Shown here: one piece after another, positions 7,535-15,844 of the stretch | Numbering within the stretch: position 1 is the first letter of the stretch | How the letters are laid out: every line of letters starts with the position of its first letter | Source: Promethearchaeota archaeon | GTDB taxonomy: Archaea > Asgardarchaeota > Lokiarchaeia > Sigyniarchaeales > SOKP01 | Reading direction: 5' to 3' | Assembly: GCA_048940445.1 (NCBI GenBank) | Contig: JBHLON010000046.1 | Span: 1 to 19,365, forward strand | DNA: 19,365 nucleotides | The notes under the pieces: model-generated | Told to the model about the DNA's origin: nothing | Seen by the model: only the letters and a program-made list of their open reading frames with translations | Database searches by the model: none | Program-made: the position numbers and the translations under genes

Positions 7535-9061
7535 TTAATAGTTATAATTTATAGACTTGAGATCATTTATTACTTTCTCTCTTATTTTACTATGTGTTAT
7601 ATACGGCAAAAGTTCGTCTACCAAATCCCTCAATTCAATTATCTTCTCAGTAAGTAATTCAGGCTTACTCCAGAGAGATTTCCTTAATGGATGGTTTTGG
7701 ATTAATGCTTTATTATAATTTTCAATAGCTTCTTTGTAGAAAAGGGAAGCACTGTCGTAATTTTTAAGTCTTGTTTGATATATTGTAGCAATTTTATTAT
7801 AACTCATACCTGCTCCTGCGTAATCTCTTTCTTTTTCAAAATATATAGCAGATTTTTCGATTTTTTTTAGAGCATCTTTTAATATTTGCTGATCGCCTGT
7901 TTTTAAGGAGATATATCCTATGATATAGCTCGCAACACCTAGATAAAACCTACTATCATATTTTTTGGAAAAATCATATAATTCATCAGCAAATTCTTCT
8001 GCTAAAACTAAATGATTATTTGAAATACATAATTTCGCTACATTTCTTAATAGTTCTAAGACTCGGTCAATATTACCCAATTTGTTATATTTGGCAATAC
8101 CTTGTCGATATTTTTCAACTCCAGTAAATGTATCTTTACGCTGAAAAGCTTGGTTACCTTCATATATCAAAAGTTCAGCTTGTTCTTCAGATTTATTTGA
8201 AAATAAATCGTCCTCTTGCTGTGAACTATCATAAAAAAGGTTTTTAAAACCAAATGATAAATCTTCCTCAATTGGAATTTCTACTAAATCCTTAGGTTCA
8301 GTTCTGATGTCTATTTCAGACATATAGTTTTGATCATTTAAGTCTTGCACATCTTTATAATTTGAATCTAATTTGAGCTCCTCTTTGTAAGCAGATTGTA
8401 AGGGTTTACCAGAAGAAACTAAAGCAGATAATTCAGACAAAACATTAGCAAAGAAATACTTATTTAGCCCTTTAACCATATAATCAACTTTTTGATAATT
8501 ATTTTCAAATTCTGGAACATTGGGATTCAAATTTACGTCTTTCAACCTATAAATTTCAAATCCAGTATCATATTTAGTGAGAACATTATCACCAATTGTC
8601 TCTTCTTTCTTTTTTCCTAATAAAGTGTGATCGAAAACTAACCCAATAGCATCATTATATTTTGCTTGAAATCCTAGTTGATTTATGAGATCTACATAGG
8701 AAAAAAATAAAGATAAACCCGGATGAGAATGAAACCAGCCTACAATAAATTGGCCCTCTCCTTCTGCATCTAATTGTTGCTGTATCTCATCAATAAATAT
8801 ATAATGTCGTTCATCTAGGTTTACATCAGTATCATGCCCAAAAGTAAGTGCGTGTGCTTTTTCTACATAAACAAAATCATCATCAGAGTAGCCAGTTAAA
8901 ATCCCATATATTTCTTTCCAATCTTTAGGTGGGATCGCTTGATTTGAATACCTACTGGCATATAATATTATTGTTTTATAGGCTTCTGCTTTAATAATTA
9001 CAGGTTTACTTATTACTTCTTCTAATTCTTCTTTATTTTCTTTTTCAAACTCTTCAGACAT
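7535..9061 (-). CDS. MPN+/JAMM metallo-isopeptidase (Rpn11/CSN5-like) fused to a C-terminal TPR/alpha-SNAP-like helical repeat region
   Basis: E50 in KEIYGILTG and VGWFHSHPGLSLFFSYVDLINQ give an intact E...HxH-x7-S-x2-D motif (H111, H113, S121, D124), followed by LVFD. An acidic linker leads to TPR-like helix pairs (EGNQAFQRKDTFTGVEKYRQGI; YAGAGMSYNKIATIYQTRLKNYDSASLFYKEAIENY). Confidence 0.88.
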   Translation of the reverse strand: MSEEFEKENKEELEEVISKPVIIKAEAYKTIILYASRYSNQAIPPKDWKEIYGILTGYSDDDFVYVEKAHALTFGHDTDVNLDERHYIFIDEIQQQLDAEGEGQFIVGWFHSHPGLSLFFSYVDLINQLGFQAKYNDAIGLVFDHTLLGKKKEETIGDNVLTKYDTGFEIYRLKDVNLNPNVPEFENNYQKVDYMVKGLNKYFFANVLSELSALVSSGKPLQSAYKEELKLDSNYKDVQDLNDQNYMSEIDIRTEPKDLVEIPIEEDLSFGFKNLFYDSSQQEDDLFSNKSEEQAELLIYEGNQAFQRKDTFTGVEKYRQGIAKYNKLGNIDRVLELLRNVAKLCISNNHLVLAEEFADELYDFSKKYDSRFYLGVASYIIGYISLKTGDQQILKDALKKIEKSAIYFEKERDYAGAGMSYNKIATIYQTRLKNYDSASLFYKEAIENYNKALIQNHPLRKSLWSKPELLTEKIIELRDLVDELLPYITHSKIREKVINDLKSINYNY

Positions 9062-9167
9062 TTTAGAATTATAAATCCTTCATTAAAGCAGATAAATATT
9101 TCTTAAAAATATAATGAAAAGATTATTAAATAAAATTATGTGTTAATAAATTCAATTAATCATATTA

Positions 9168-9686
9168 TTAGATTTTGTAGTGTTTTGCTTTTTCTGCCAT
9201 ATCGAGTATTCTTTTGGCAAAATCTAAATTAGGCACTATTTCTAATGCTTTTTCTAAAGCCTTAATCGAATCTTCGTATAATTTTTTATTAAAATACGCT
9301 GAACCTAAATTAGTCCAAACCACCTCATCTTTTGGATTGAGTTTCAAAGCAATTTTACAAGTTTTAATTGCTTCATCAAAATTTTTCATATCAACATAAA
9401 TAGAACTGAGTTCTGACCATGAGATTGCTAAATTGGGATTAAGATCGATAGCTCGCATTAAAGCAACAATAGCTTTTTCATAATCTTCAATTTCATAATA
9501 TAAATATCCTAAATTATGCCAGTTAATTGCTTCATTTGGATTAAGGTCTAGCCCTTTATTGTACGCTTCAATAGCTTTCACAATGTCATTTGCTTGAAAA
9601 TACAAAAAACCGAGCTGGATCCAATCATTTGAATCAGAAGGATTAATTTCTAGTTTTTTTTTTAAATCTTCAATCTTCTTTAACAT
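9168..9686 (-). CDS. Tetratricopeptide repeat protein (4 canonical 34-aa TPRs)
   Basis: Four consecutive 34-aa units, W..LG..Y......A...A...A..L.P, ending LNPNE, LNPNL, LNPKD and IVPNL. Confidence 0.93.
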   Translation of the reverse strand: MLKKIEDLKKKLEINPSDSNDWIQLGFLYFQANDIVKAIEAYNKGLDLNPNEAINWHNLGYLYYEIEDYEKAIVALMRAIDLNPNLAISWSELSSIYVDMKNFDEAIKTCKIALKLNPKDEVVWTNLGSAYFNKKLYEDSIKALEKALEIVPNLDFAKRILDMAEKAKHYKI

Positions 9687-9704
9687 TATTTACTTTAACT
9701 TTTC

Positions 9705-10262
9705 TTATTTTTCAGAAATGGATTTTATGAAACGATTTTTAATTTCTATTGGAAGCAATGGTATATTGTTTACTTCAGCATTACCTGGTTCAGCTTTAAT
9801 CAAAATAAAGTGACACCCTTTACCTAAATTTGTTATAACTTTTTTTATATCCTGAAATTGTGTAATTTTAATTACAGACTTGAATCCAGCCCCTTTTGCA
9901 ATGATATCTAATCTCGTTTCCTTACCTGTGTATGTCATTTGATCCCCCGTAGAGCCATATGATGCATTATCTATTACTATTAAAGTTAAATTAGAAGGGT
10001 TTACATTGGCAATTGTACTTAAACTGCCAAGGTTCATCAGTAATGATCCATCTCCTTCTAAGCACCATACTTTTTTCATTGGTTGAGAAATGGCAAATCC
10101 AAGCGCAATGGAAGATGCTAAGCCCATTGAACCCATCATATAGAAATTTTGAGTACGATCCTTCAGATGATATAATTCTTTAGATGGAATCCCAATATTA
10201 CATATGATAAATTCATCTTTCACTATTTCTACAATAGCTTTTAATACCTCGAATCTTCTCAT
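9705..10262 (-). CDS. comE: Sulfopyruvate decarboxylase subunit beta (TPP-binding C-terminal module)
   Basis: ICNIGIPSKELY, NFYMMGSMGLASSIALG and TPP motif GDGSLLMNLGSL...DNASYGSTGDQ. Overlaps comD by ATGA (translational coupling). A split phosphonopyruvate decarboxylase is the alternative. Confidence 0.85.
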   Translation of the reverse strand: MRRFEVLKAIVEIVKDEFIICNIGIPSKELYHLKDRTQNFYMMGSMGLASSIALGFAISQPMKKVWCLEGDGSLLMNLGSLSTIANVNPSNLTLIVIDNASYGSTGDQMTYTGKETRLDIIAKGAGFKSVIKITQFQDIKKVITNLGKGCHFILIKAEPGNAEVNNIPLLPIEIKNRFIKSISEK

Positions 10263-10759
10263 TTAGAATCACTCCACAAGGATTTTTGTAAGAGAACACC
10301 GGCAGAATGGCTACTTCTTTGACTATATGAAATTGCTCCTTTGAGTTTATTAATCTCATTCTTGGATTTTATAGACCAAGATTTAATTCCCATTAATTTT
10401 AATAATTTTTTAGTAATACTTCCCATTGGAATCTGTGCTAAGATTTCCTCACCTTTCCCTCCTCTATGACTGATAATAAAGATTATTGGGATGTTATATA
10501 AACCTAATAAAGATTTAATTGCATTAACTGAGTTTCCCAATCCTGAATTTTGCATTAACATAACGGGGCTTTTTCCACCCAAATAAGCACCAGCTGCAAT
10601 ACCTATTCCTTCTTCTTCACGTGTTAAAGGGATATGTAAAATTTCTTTTCTTTCATTAATTAAATTTAAAAGACCTTTTAGTAAAATGCAAGGTACAGAA
10701 AGAATGATATTGATTCCGGAATCTTTTAGAATTTTGTATAACTCAAAATCAATTTTCAT
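10259..10759 (-). CDS. comD: Sulfopyruvate decarboxylase subunit alpha
   Basis: SVPC, LTREEEGIGIAAGAYLGG, MQNSGLGNSVNA, SHRG and AQIPMG. 166 aa, paired with comE. Confidence 0.85.
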   Translation of the reverse strand: MKIDFELYKILKDSGINIILSVPCILLKGLLNLINERKEILHIPLTREEEGIGIAAGAYLGGKSPVMLMQNSGLGNSVNAIKSLLGLYNIPIIFIISHRGGKGEEILAQIPMGSITKKLLKLMGIKSWSIKSKNEINKLKGAISYSQRSSHSAGVLLQKSLWSDSK

Positions 10760-10839
10760 AAAGCTAAGTGATTTAGTTTTATTTAGCTATAATCATTAGT
10801 ATATAAACAACTAAAAACTTTTTTTTATAAAGGATTGAA

Positions 10840-12102
10840 TTGAAAGCGCTTCTCTTTGACTATAAATTTTCCCGCCTTGCTAGTGCAAAGTTATTAGGAA
10901 TATTCTCTAAAAGAGGTTATCTCTCAAGATGTGGTCCTTTGAAATTGAATGATTTTGAAAAGCCAATTATTAAATTAAACGATTGGTGTATTGTAAAGAC
11001 AAAATTCTGTGGGATATGTGGCTCAGATCATAAACAAGTCTTCTTAGACGGAAATATAGATAATCCAATGACAGCTCTTATCTCATGGCCACAAATACTT
11101 GGACATGAAGCAGTTGGTGTAGTTGATAATCCTGGGAAACTTTTAGACCTCAAAAGAGGAGATAGAGTTGCATTAAACCCTTGGATTAGTTGTGAACCTC
11201 GAGGAATTGAACCTATATGTTCATCATGCAAAGAAGGTAAAAAGTCGTTATGCAGAAACTTTACTAAGGGAGCATTAAGTCCTGGTATTCATACTGGAAA
11301 TAGTAGAGACGCGACAGGAGGTTTTGCAGAATTTTTTCCCGCTCATAAGATTATGGCAATTCCAATCCCTGATTATATAAGCTGGGACCAAGCAGTTTTA
11401 TCAGATCCGTTCTCAGTTGCCTTTCATTCAATTTTGAAGGTAAATTTACAACCGAATTCAATATGTGCAGTATATGGTTGTGGAAATCTAGGGTTGTTAA
11501 CAATTCATCTGTTAAAAAATATTTTTGAAGAAATAACTGTAATTGCAATTGCTAAATTCTCCCATCAAGCAAATATGGCAAAAAAATTTGGGGCAGATTA
11601 CATTATCAAGTCATCACCACCTTATAAGATAATAGAACGGGTAGCAGATTATCTCAACTGTGAGATTTATTATTTAAAAAAGAAAAAGCCATGGTTAATT
11701 GAAGGAGTCGATATTCTTTTTGACACAGTTGCATCATCTGAAACAATTGAGACAGGATTAAGAATAGTAAAAGCTCGAGGCAAAACATCAAATATGAAAA
11801 AAAATTATTCAAGCGCTATTGTTGTAACTGGCGTTTCAGCACCTAAGCGCTATGAATGGACGCCGTGGTACTTTAAAGAAATAAATATTATAGGAAGTAA
11901 TGCTTTTGCTATAGAAGAATTCAAAAATGAAAGAACACATGCGTATTATCATTATTTCCGTTTTATTAGGGAAGGTAGAATTGATCCTTCTCCCATGATT
12001 ACTCATAAATTTTCATTATCCCAATATAAGAAAGCGTTTTTGGCAGCACATTTTCCAGAAAAATACAATGCAATTAAAGTAGTATTCAAATTTGAAGGGT
12101 AG
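10840..12102 (+). CDS. Zn-dependent medium-chain dehydrogenase/reductase (threonine/sorbitol dehydrogenase-like), paralog 1
   Basis: CGICGSD, GHE, structural Zn site C-EPRGIEPI-CSSC-x7-C, Rossmann motif YGCGNLG, C-terminal ITHKFSL...IKVVF. TTG start after AGGA. Confidence 0.9.
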   Translation: MKALLFDYKFSRLASAKLLGIFSKRGYLSRCGPLKLNDFEKPIIKLNDWCIVKTKFCGICGSDHKQVFLDGNIDNPMTALISWPQILGHEAVGVVDNPGKLLDLKRGDRVALNPWISCEPRGIEPICSSCKEGKKSLCRNFTKGALSPGIHTGNSRDATGGFAEFFPAHKIMAIPIPDYISWDQAVLSDPFSVAFHSILKVNLQPNSICAVYGCGNLGLLTIHLLKNIFEEITVIAIAKFSHQANMAKKFGADYIIKSSPPYKIIERVADYLNCEIYYLKKKKPWLIEGVDILFDTVASSETIETGLRIVKARGKTSNMKKNYSSAIVVTGVSAPKRYEWTPWYFKEINIIGSNAFAIEEFKNERTHAYYHYFRFIREGRIDPSPMITHKFSLSQYKKAFLAAHFPEKYNAIKVVFKFEG

Positions 12103-12119
12103 AAGAGAAGTAGAATAAG

Positions 12120-13379
12120 ATGAAGTCAAAAAGCAATGAAGAAAAAATAGAAGCGTTAGTTTTTGAAATGAAAAAGTTCAAGCTTCTAAAAGCATACATT
12201 ACTGGTAAAATAAGTAAGACAAAGTACTGGAAAAAAGGTGGCCCTATTAGCATAAAGAAGATGCCTCTTTTAAGCCTTCCCAATGAAGATTGGATACGAG
12301 TTAAAACTATTTATTCTGGGATATGCGGGAGTGATATGAAAGAATTAACTTTAAGCGGATCATTTGACAATCCTTTAAGGACTTTTATCTCTTTTCCACA
12401 AATAATGGGCCATGAAGTAGTTGGCACTGTTTCTGAAGTTGGAACCAATGTTTCTGAGTTTAAAATAGGAGATAAAGTGGCTATAAATCCTTGGTTTTCT
12501 TGCGAGCCAAGGGGAATTAAACCTATTTGCTCTCGTTGTCATGAAGGAGATTATACTCATTGTAAAAACTTTCAAAAAGGTCTTTTACCAATTGGTATGC
12601 ATTTAGGGGTGACCAAAGGTTATGGAGGTTTTGCTCCTTATGTACCTGTACATAAATCCCAATGTTTTATTATCCCTGATGGAATAAACCTAGAACAAGC
12701 TGTATTAGCGGACCCATTTTCTGTTGCTTTTCATTCAAATTTACTTTTAAACCCTGAGCCAAAATCGACAATTCTAGTATATGGCATAGGTATTATAGGA
12801 TTACTATCAATAATTTGTTTAAAAAATTTATTTAATGTAAAAAATGTATTAGCTATTGGAAGATATTCCTTTCAAAAAGACTTGGCATTAAAGTTTGGGG
12901 CACAACATGTATTTATGAGTAGAGGCGAACAATTAATTGAAGAAATTGGAAATCTTATGAATATTGAGCTTTACACGCCTGAACGGGGTCTTAAATGGGC
13001 CTTAGACGGACCAAATGGAATTATTGATACAATCGCTTCTTCAGAGACTCTAGAGATTGGTGTTCGCATACTCAGAACTCAGGGAAAGTTGGTTTTTCTA
13101 GGAGTTAGTACCCCAAGAAGATGGGAAAACACTCCTCATTATTTTAAGGAACTTGAAATTATTGGATCTAATGCCTTCTCAATCGAAAAGTTTGAAGAGA
13201 AGAAAGCACATGCATTTGAATTTTTTCTTAATTTTCTAAAAGAAAAAAGATTTGACCTAACCCAATTAATCACTCATAAATTTACTCTAAAGAATTATCA
13301 AAAAGCATTTAATGTTTTAATCAGAAAAGGAGAATCTAAAGCAATAAAAGTTATTTTTGATTTTACTTCTCAAGTTTGA
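12120..13379 (+). CDS. Zn-dependent medium-chain dehydrogenase/reductase, paralog 2
   Basis: SGICGSD, GHE, C-EPRGIKPI-CSRC-x7-C, YGIGIIG, ITHKFTL...IKVIF. Colinear with the upstream paralog, 17 bp gap. Confidence 0.9.
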   Translation: MKSKSNEEKIEALVFEMKKFKLLKAYITGKISKTKYWKKGGPISIKKMPLLSLPNEDWIRVKTIYSGICGSDMKELTLSGSFDNPLRTFISFPQIMGHEVVGTVSEVGTNVSEFKIGDKVAINPWFSCEPRGIKPICSRCHEGDYTHCKNFQKGLLPIGMHLGVTKGYGGFAPYVPVHKSQCFIIPDGINLEQAVLADPFSVAFHSNLLLNPEPKSTILVYGIGIIGLLSIICLKNLFNVKNVLAIGRYSFQKDLALKFGAQHVFMSRGEQLIEEIGNLMNIELYTPERGLKWALDGPNGIIDTIASSETLEIGVRILRTQGKLVFLGVSTPRRWENTPHYFKELEIIGSNAFSIEKFEEKKAHAFEFFLNFLKEKRFDLTQLITHKFTLKNYQKAFNVLIRKGESKAIKVIFDFTSQV

Positions 13380-13460
13380 TAATTAACAACTAAATCTTTT
13401 TGAATTTATAGCTTTTTAATGAATCTCAAAATAAGGCTGTCTTAATATCTTTATCAGAAA

Positions 13461-14390
13461 TTAAGGAATAGTCTCTTTTTTTTTCCTTTTCATTTTAGAA
13501 CCTCCTCCACCACCCCCAATTCCCGAGAGATCAATACCCCCAGTCTCTCCACAAATAACAGCTAATACAATAATAATAAGAACTACTACGACAATAACAA
13601 CGGCAACTACAAGTGCTAACAATAATAGACCTTCAACTTTATAAAAAATGTATATCCATGGTTCATTTTCATTTTTCTGCACTGCTTTAGCACCATAAAA
13701 CATTATTACTAGAGAAGCAATGAGGAGATAAGCTAATGTTATAGGGATTGTTAATAAGAAATTTTGAATATTAAAAATAATAATAAATAATAACTCAAAT
13801 ATCGCTGTCCCTATAAGAAAAATAATGATATGTGCCCATAAATATCCTTTTGCAAAATATTTAGCTCTCAAACTATAAGCCATTAAGGCTACTATAAGTG
13901 TCGCTCCAACTGTTAAAGTAACGAACATATGAACTTGGGGTAAGAATTCTGTCAAAATTATTATAGGAAGACTAATAATTCCTGCTATGATACAAAATAT
14001 AAAAAAAATACTAAGCCCTAAATATTTCTTATTAGCCTTTGACACAAAATAAAATAATGTAAACAAACCTCCCTCAACAATTAAAAAAATAATATAAATA
14101 GTCAAAAACATAGTAGTAAATTCAAAGTCTCTAAATACAAAGCTGAAAACTATTTCACTAGCTAACCAAATAAGGGAACCAATTATCAAAATAGGTAAAA
14201 TTTTATGTAAGAAAGTATTACGTTGTGGTAATGTAAGCAGATATTTTGACTCTCTTTTAGAAATACTTTTATTTATCACTTGTAAATTGGACTTCATTTC
14301 AATATTTTGTTCTACAGGCTCACCACAATTAGTACAATATTGATTTTCTTTTTTTAAAGGAGCACCACATTTTGTACAGTATTTACTAAT
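13461..14390 (-). CDS. Double zinc-ribbon + Bax inhibitor-1/YccA-like multi-pass membrane protein
   Basis: The track ORF (ATG at 14297) extends upstream in frame without a stop through SKYCTKCGAPLKKENQYCTNCGEPVEQNIE. The likely start is ATT at 14390, 7 nt downstream of GGTGA (14402-14398). The body has about 7 hydrophobic segments with BI-1-like spacing (FFIFCIIAGIISLPII; TLTVGATLIVALMAYSLRAKYFAKGYLW). Confidence 0.7.
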   Translation of the reverse strand: MSKYCTKCGAPLKKENQYCTNCGEPVEQNIEMKSNLQVINKSISKRESKYLLTLPQRNTFLHKILPILIIGSLIWLASEIVFSFVFRDFEFTTMFLTIYIIFLIVEGGLFTLFYFVSKANKKYLGLSIFFIFCIIAGIISLPIIILTEFLPQVHMFVTLTVGATLIVALMAYSLRAKYFAKGYLWAHIIIFLIGTAIFELLFIIIFNIQNFLLTIPITLAYLLIASLVIMFYGAKAVQKNENEPWIYIFYKVEGLLLLALVVAVVIVVVVLIIIVLAVICGETGGIDLSGIGGGGGGSKMKRKKKETIP

Positions 14391-14397
14391 ACAAATT

Positions 14398-14402
14398 TCA
14401 CC
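14398..14402 (-). promoter_or_regulatory. Archaeal Shine-Dalgarno GGTGA for the zinc-ribbon membrane protein
   Basis: Minus strand reads TAAATT-GGTGA-AATTTGT-ATT-AGT-AAA-TAC-TGT. Confidence 0.55.
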
Positions 14403-14559
14403 AATTTATAGTCGTAGTATTAAAATTCATAAACTATAAGCTAAATATCAATAATATTAATATGTATTTATAGATATGTTTAATTTATCTGCTACATAAC
14501 TCTCTGAAAAAGTTTTTTCAAAGAATCTAAAAATTAGATTAAAATATAAATAAAGTGCT

Positions 14560-15777
14560 CTATAATATCCCCATTTTCTTAAGATTTTTAATATTATCGT
14601 CAGTATAATCTAAAGATTTTAATATTTCCATTGTATCTTGTCCGACTTTTGGAGCTAGATTTCTTATTCCTAAGGGAGTACGTGAATATTTAATTGGTGA
14701 AGCAACATTTTGAATTTTACCAAATTTCGGATGGTTAAGTTCAACTATCATTTTTCTTGCTTGTATTTGAGGGTCATAACAAGCTTCATTGAAAGTTTTA
14801 ACTGGCATGACACAAGCATCTCTCTTAATAAAGATTTTCATCCACTCGTCTTGTGTTTTCTTTAAAAATTCTTTTTGAACTTCTTGAAAAACCTCTTCCT
14901 TTTCTTCATCTTGAGCATTGCCTTTAGGAATTAGGTCCTCTCTGCCAATTCCCTTGCAAACTTCACGCCAAAACTTAATCTCAATAGCACCTACAGATAA
15001 ATATCTATTATCTTTAGTTTTGAAGATAGAATAAAAAGGAACCTCTCCATGAAGTGGATTTTTTGGTTGAATATCCCCATCATTTAAATCTTTCGAAAAT
15101 TCGAAAGCAGCAGCCATTGGCATAAATGAAAATACACAATCGGTCATAGATAGATCAATATATTGCCCTTTTTTTTCATCATTCTTTTCTCTCTCGATTA
15201 AAGCTCCTAATATACTGATTACCGAAACTAAGCCACCTCCTATATCTGCAGCCTGTATACCAGGTACAATAGGCTTCCTTTCTTGATCTTTTTTGCCGAA
15301 AATTTCGCGTTCTCTATTTAAATCTAAAATCCCACATATTCCAATATAATTCAAATCATGTCCAGCTATTCCTTCATAAGGGCCAGTTTGTCCGTAGCCA
15401 GTTAATGAACAATAAATAATAGAGGGATTGATTTCAGATAGGGTCTTGTAATCAATCTTTAATTTTTTTGTTACATTTGGTCGAAAAGTTTCTAAAATAA
15501 TATCTGCTTTCCGAACCAATTTATAAAAAATATTTACTGCTCCCTCTTTCTTCAAATTAAGCGAAATTGACTTTTTGTTTCGCATTAGAATTGAATTAAA
15601 AGCACTTTCTCTATATCGCCCTTTCTGAAAAAATGGTGGAGGCCTTCCATATGGGAATCTTGGATCATTGATATGAATTACTTCTGCACCTAAATCTGCT
15701 AAGATCATAGAACAATAGGGTCCAGGAAGCATACGACTTAAATCTAATACTACAATATTCTCTAAAGGTAAAACCAT
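14560..15777 (-). CDS. CaiB/BaiF family III CoA-transferase, alpha-methylacyl-CoA racemase-like
   Basis: VLDLSRMLPGPYCSMILADLGAEVI, RNKKSISLNLK, ETFRP, SLTGYGQTGPY, plus GHDLNY and ADIGGG (His/Asp catalytic pair positions of AMACR-type enzymes). Confidence 0.9.
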   Translation of the reverse strand: MVLPLENIVVLDLSRMLPGPYCSMILADLGAEVIHINDPRFPYGRPPPFFQKGRYRESAFNSILMRNKKSISLNLKKEGAVNIFYKLVRKADIILETFRPNVTKKLKIDYKTLSEINPSIIYCSLTGYGQTGPYEGIAGHDLNYIGICGILDLNREREIFGKKDQERKPIVPGIQAADIGGGLVSVISILGALIEREKNDEKKGQYIDLSMTDCVFSFMPMAAAFEFSKDLNDGDIQPKNPLHGEVPFYSIFKTKDNRYLSVGAIEIKFWREVCKGIGREDLIPKGNAQDEEKEEVFQEVQKEFLKKTQDEWMKIFIKRDACVMPVKTFNEACYDPQIQARKMIVELNHPKFGKIQNVASPIKYSRTPLGIRNLAPKVGQDTMEILKSLDYTDDNIKNLKKMGIL

Positions 15778-15844
15778 AATAAAGATAAATGGAAACTTAT
15801 TAAAAAAGACTTATTAAATTTAAATAAATTTTAAAAAAATAAGA

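Noticed and set aside
10259-10262. TGA stops (comD, flavoprotein at 4273, MDR2 at 13379) as possible selenocysteine read-through
   Set aside because: The comD TGA is an ATGA coupling to comE in another frame, the MDR2 TGA is followed immediately by TAA, and all three proteins are already full length for their families.
9705-10759. comDE as proof of methanogenesis or alkane oxidation
   Set aside because: ComDE also serves sulfonate catabolism, and no mcr/acr or other CoM genes are in this window.
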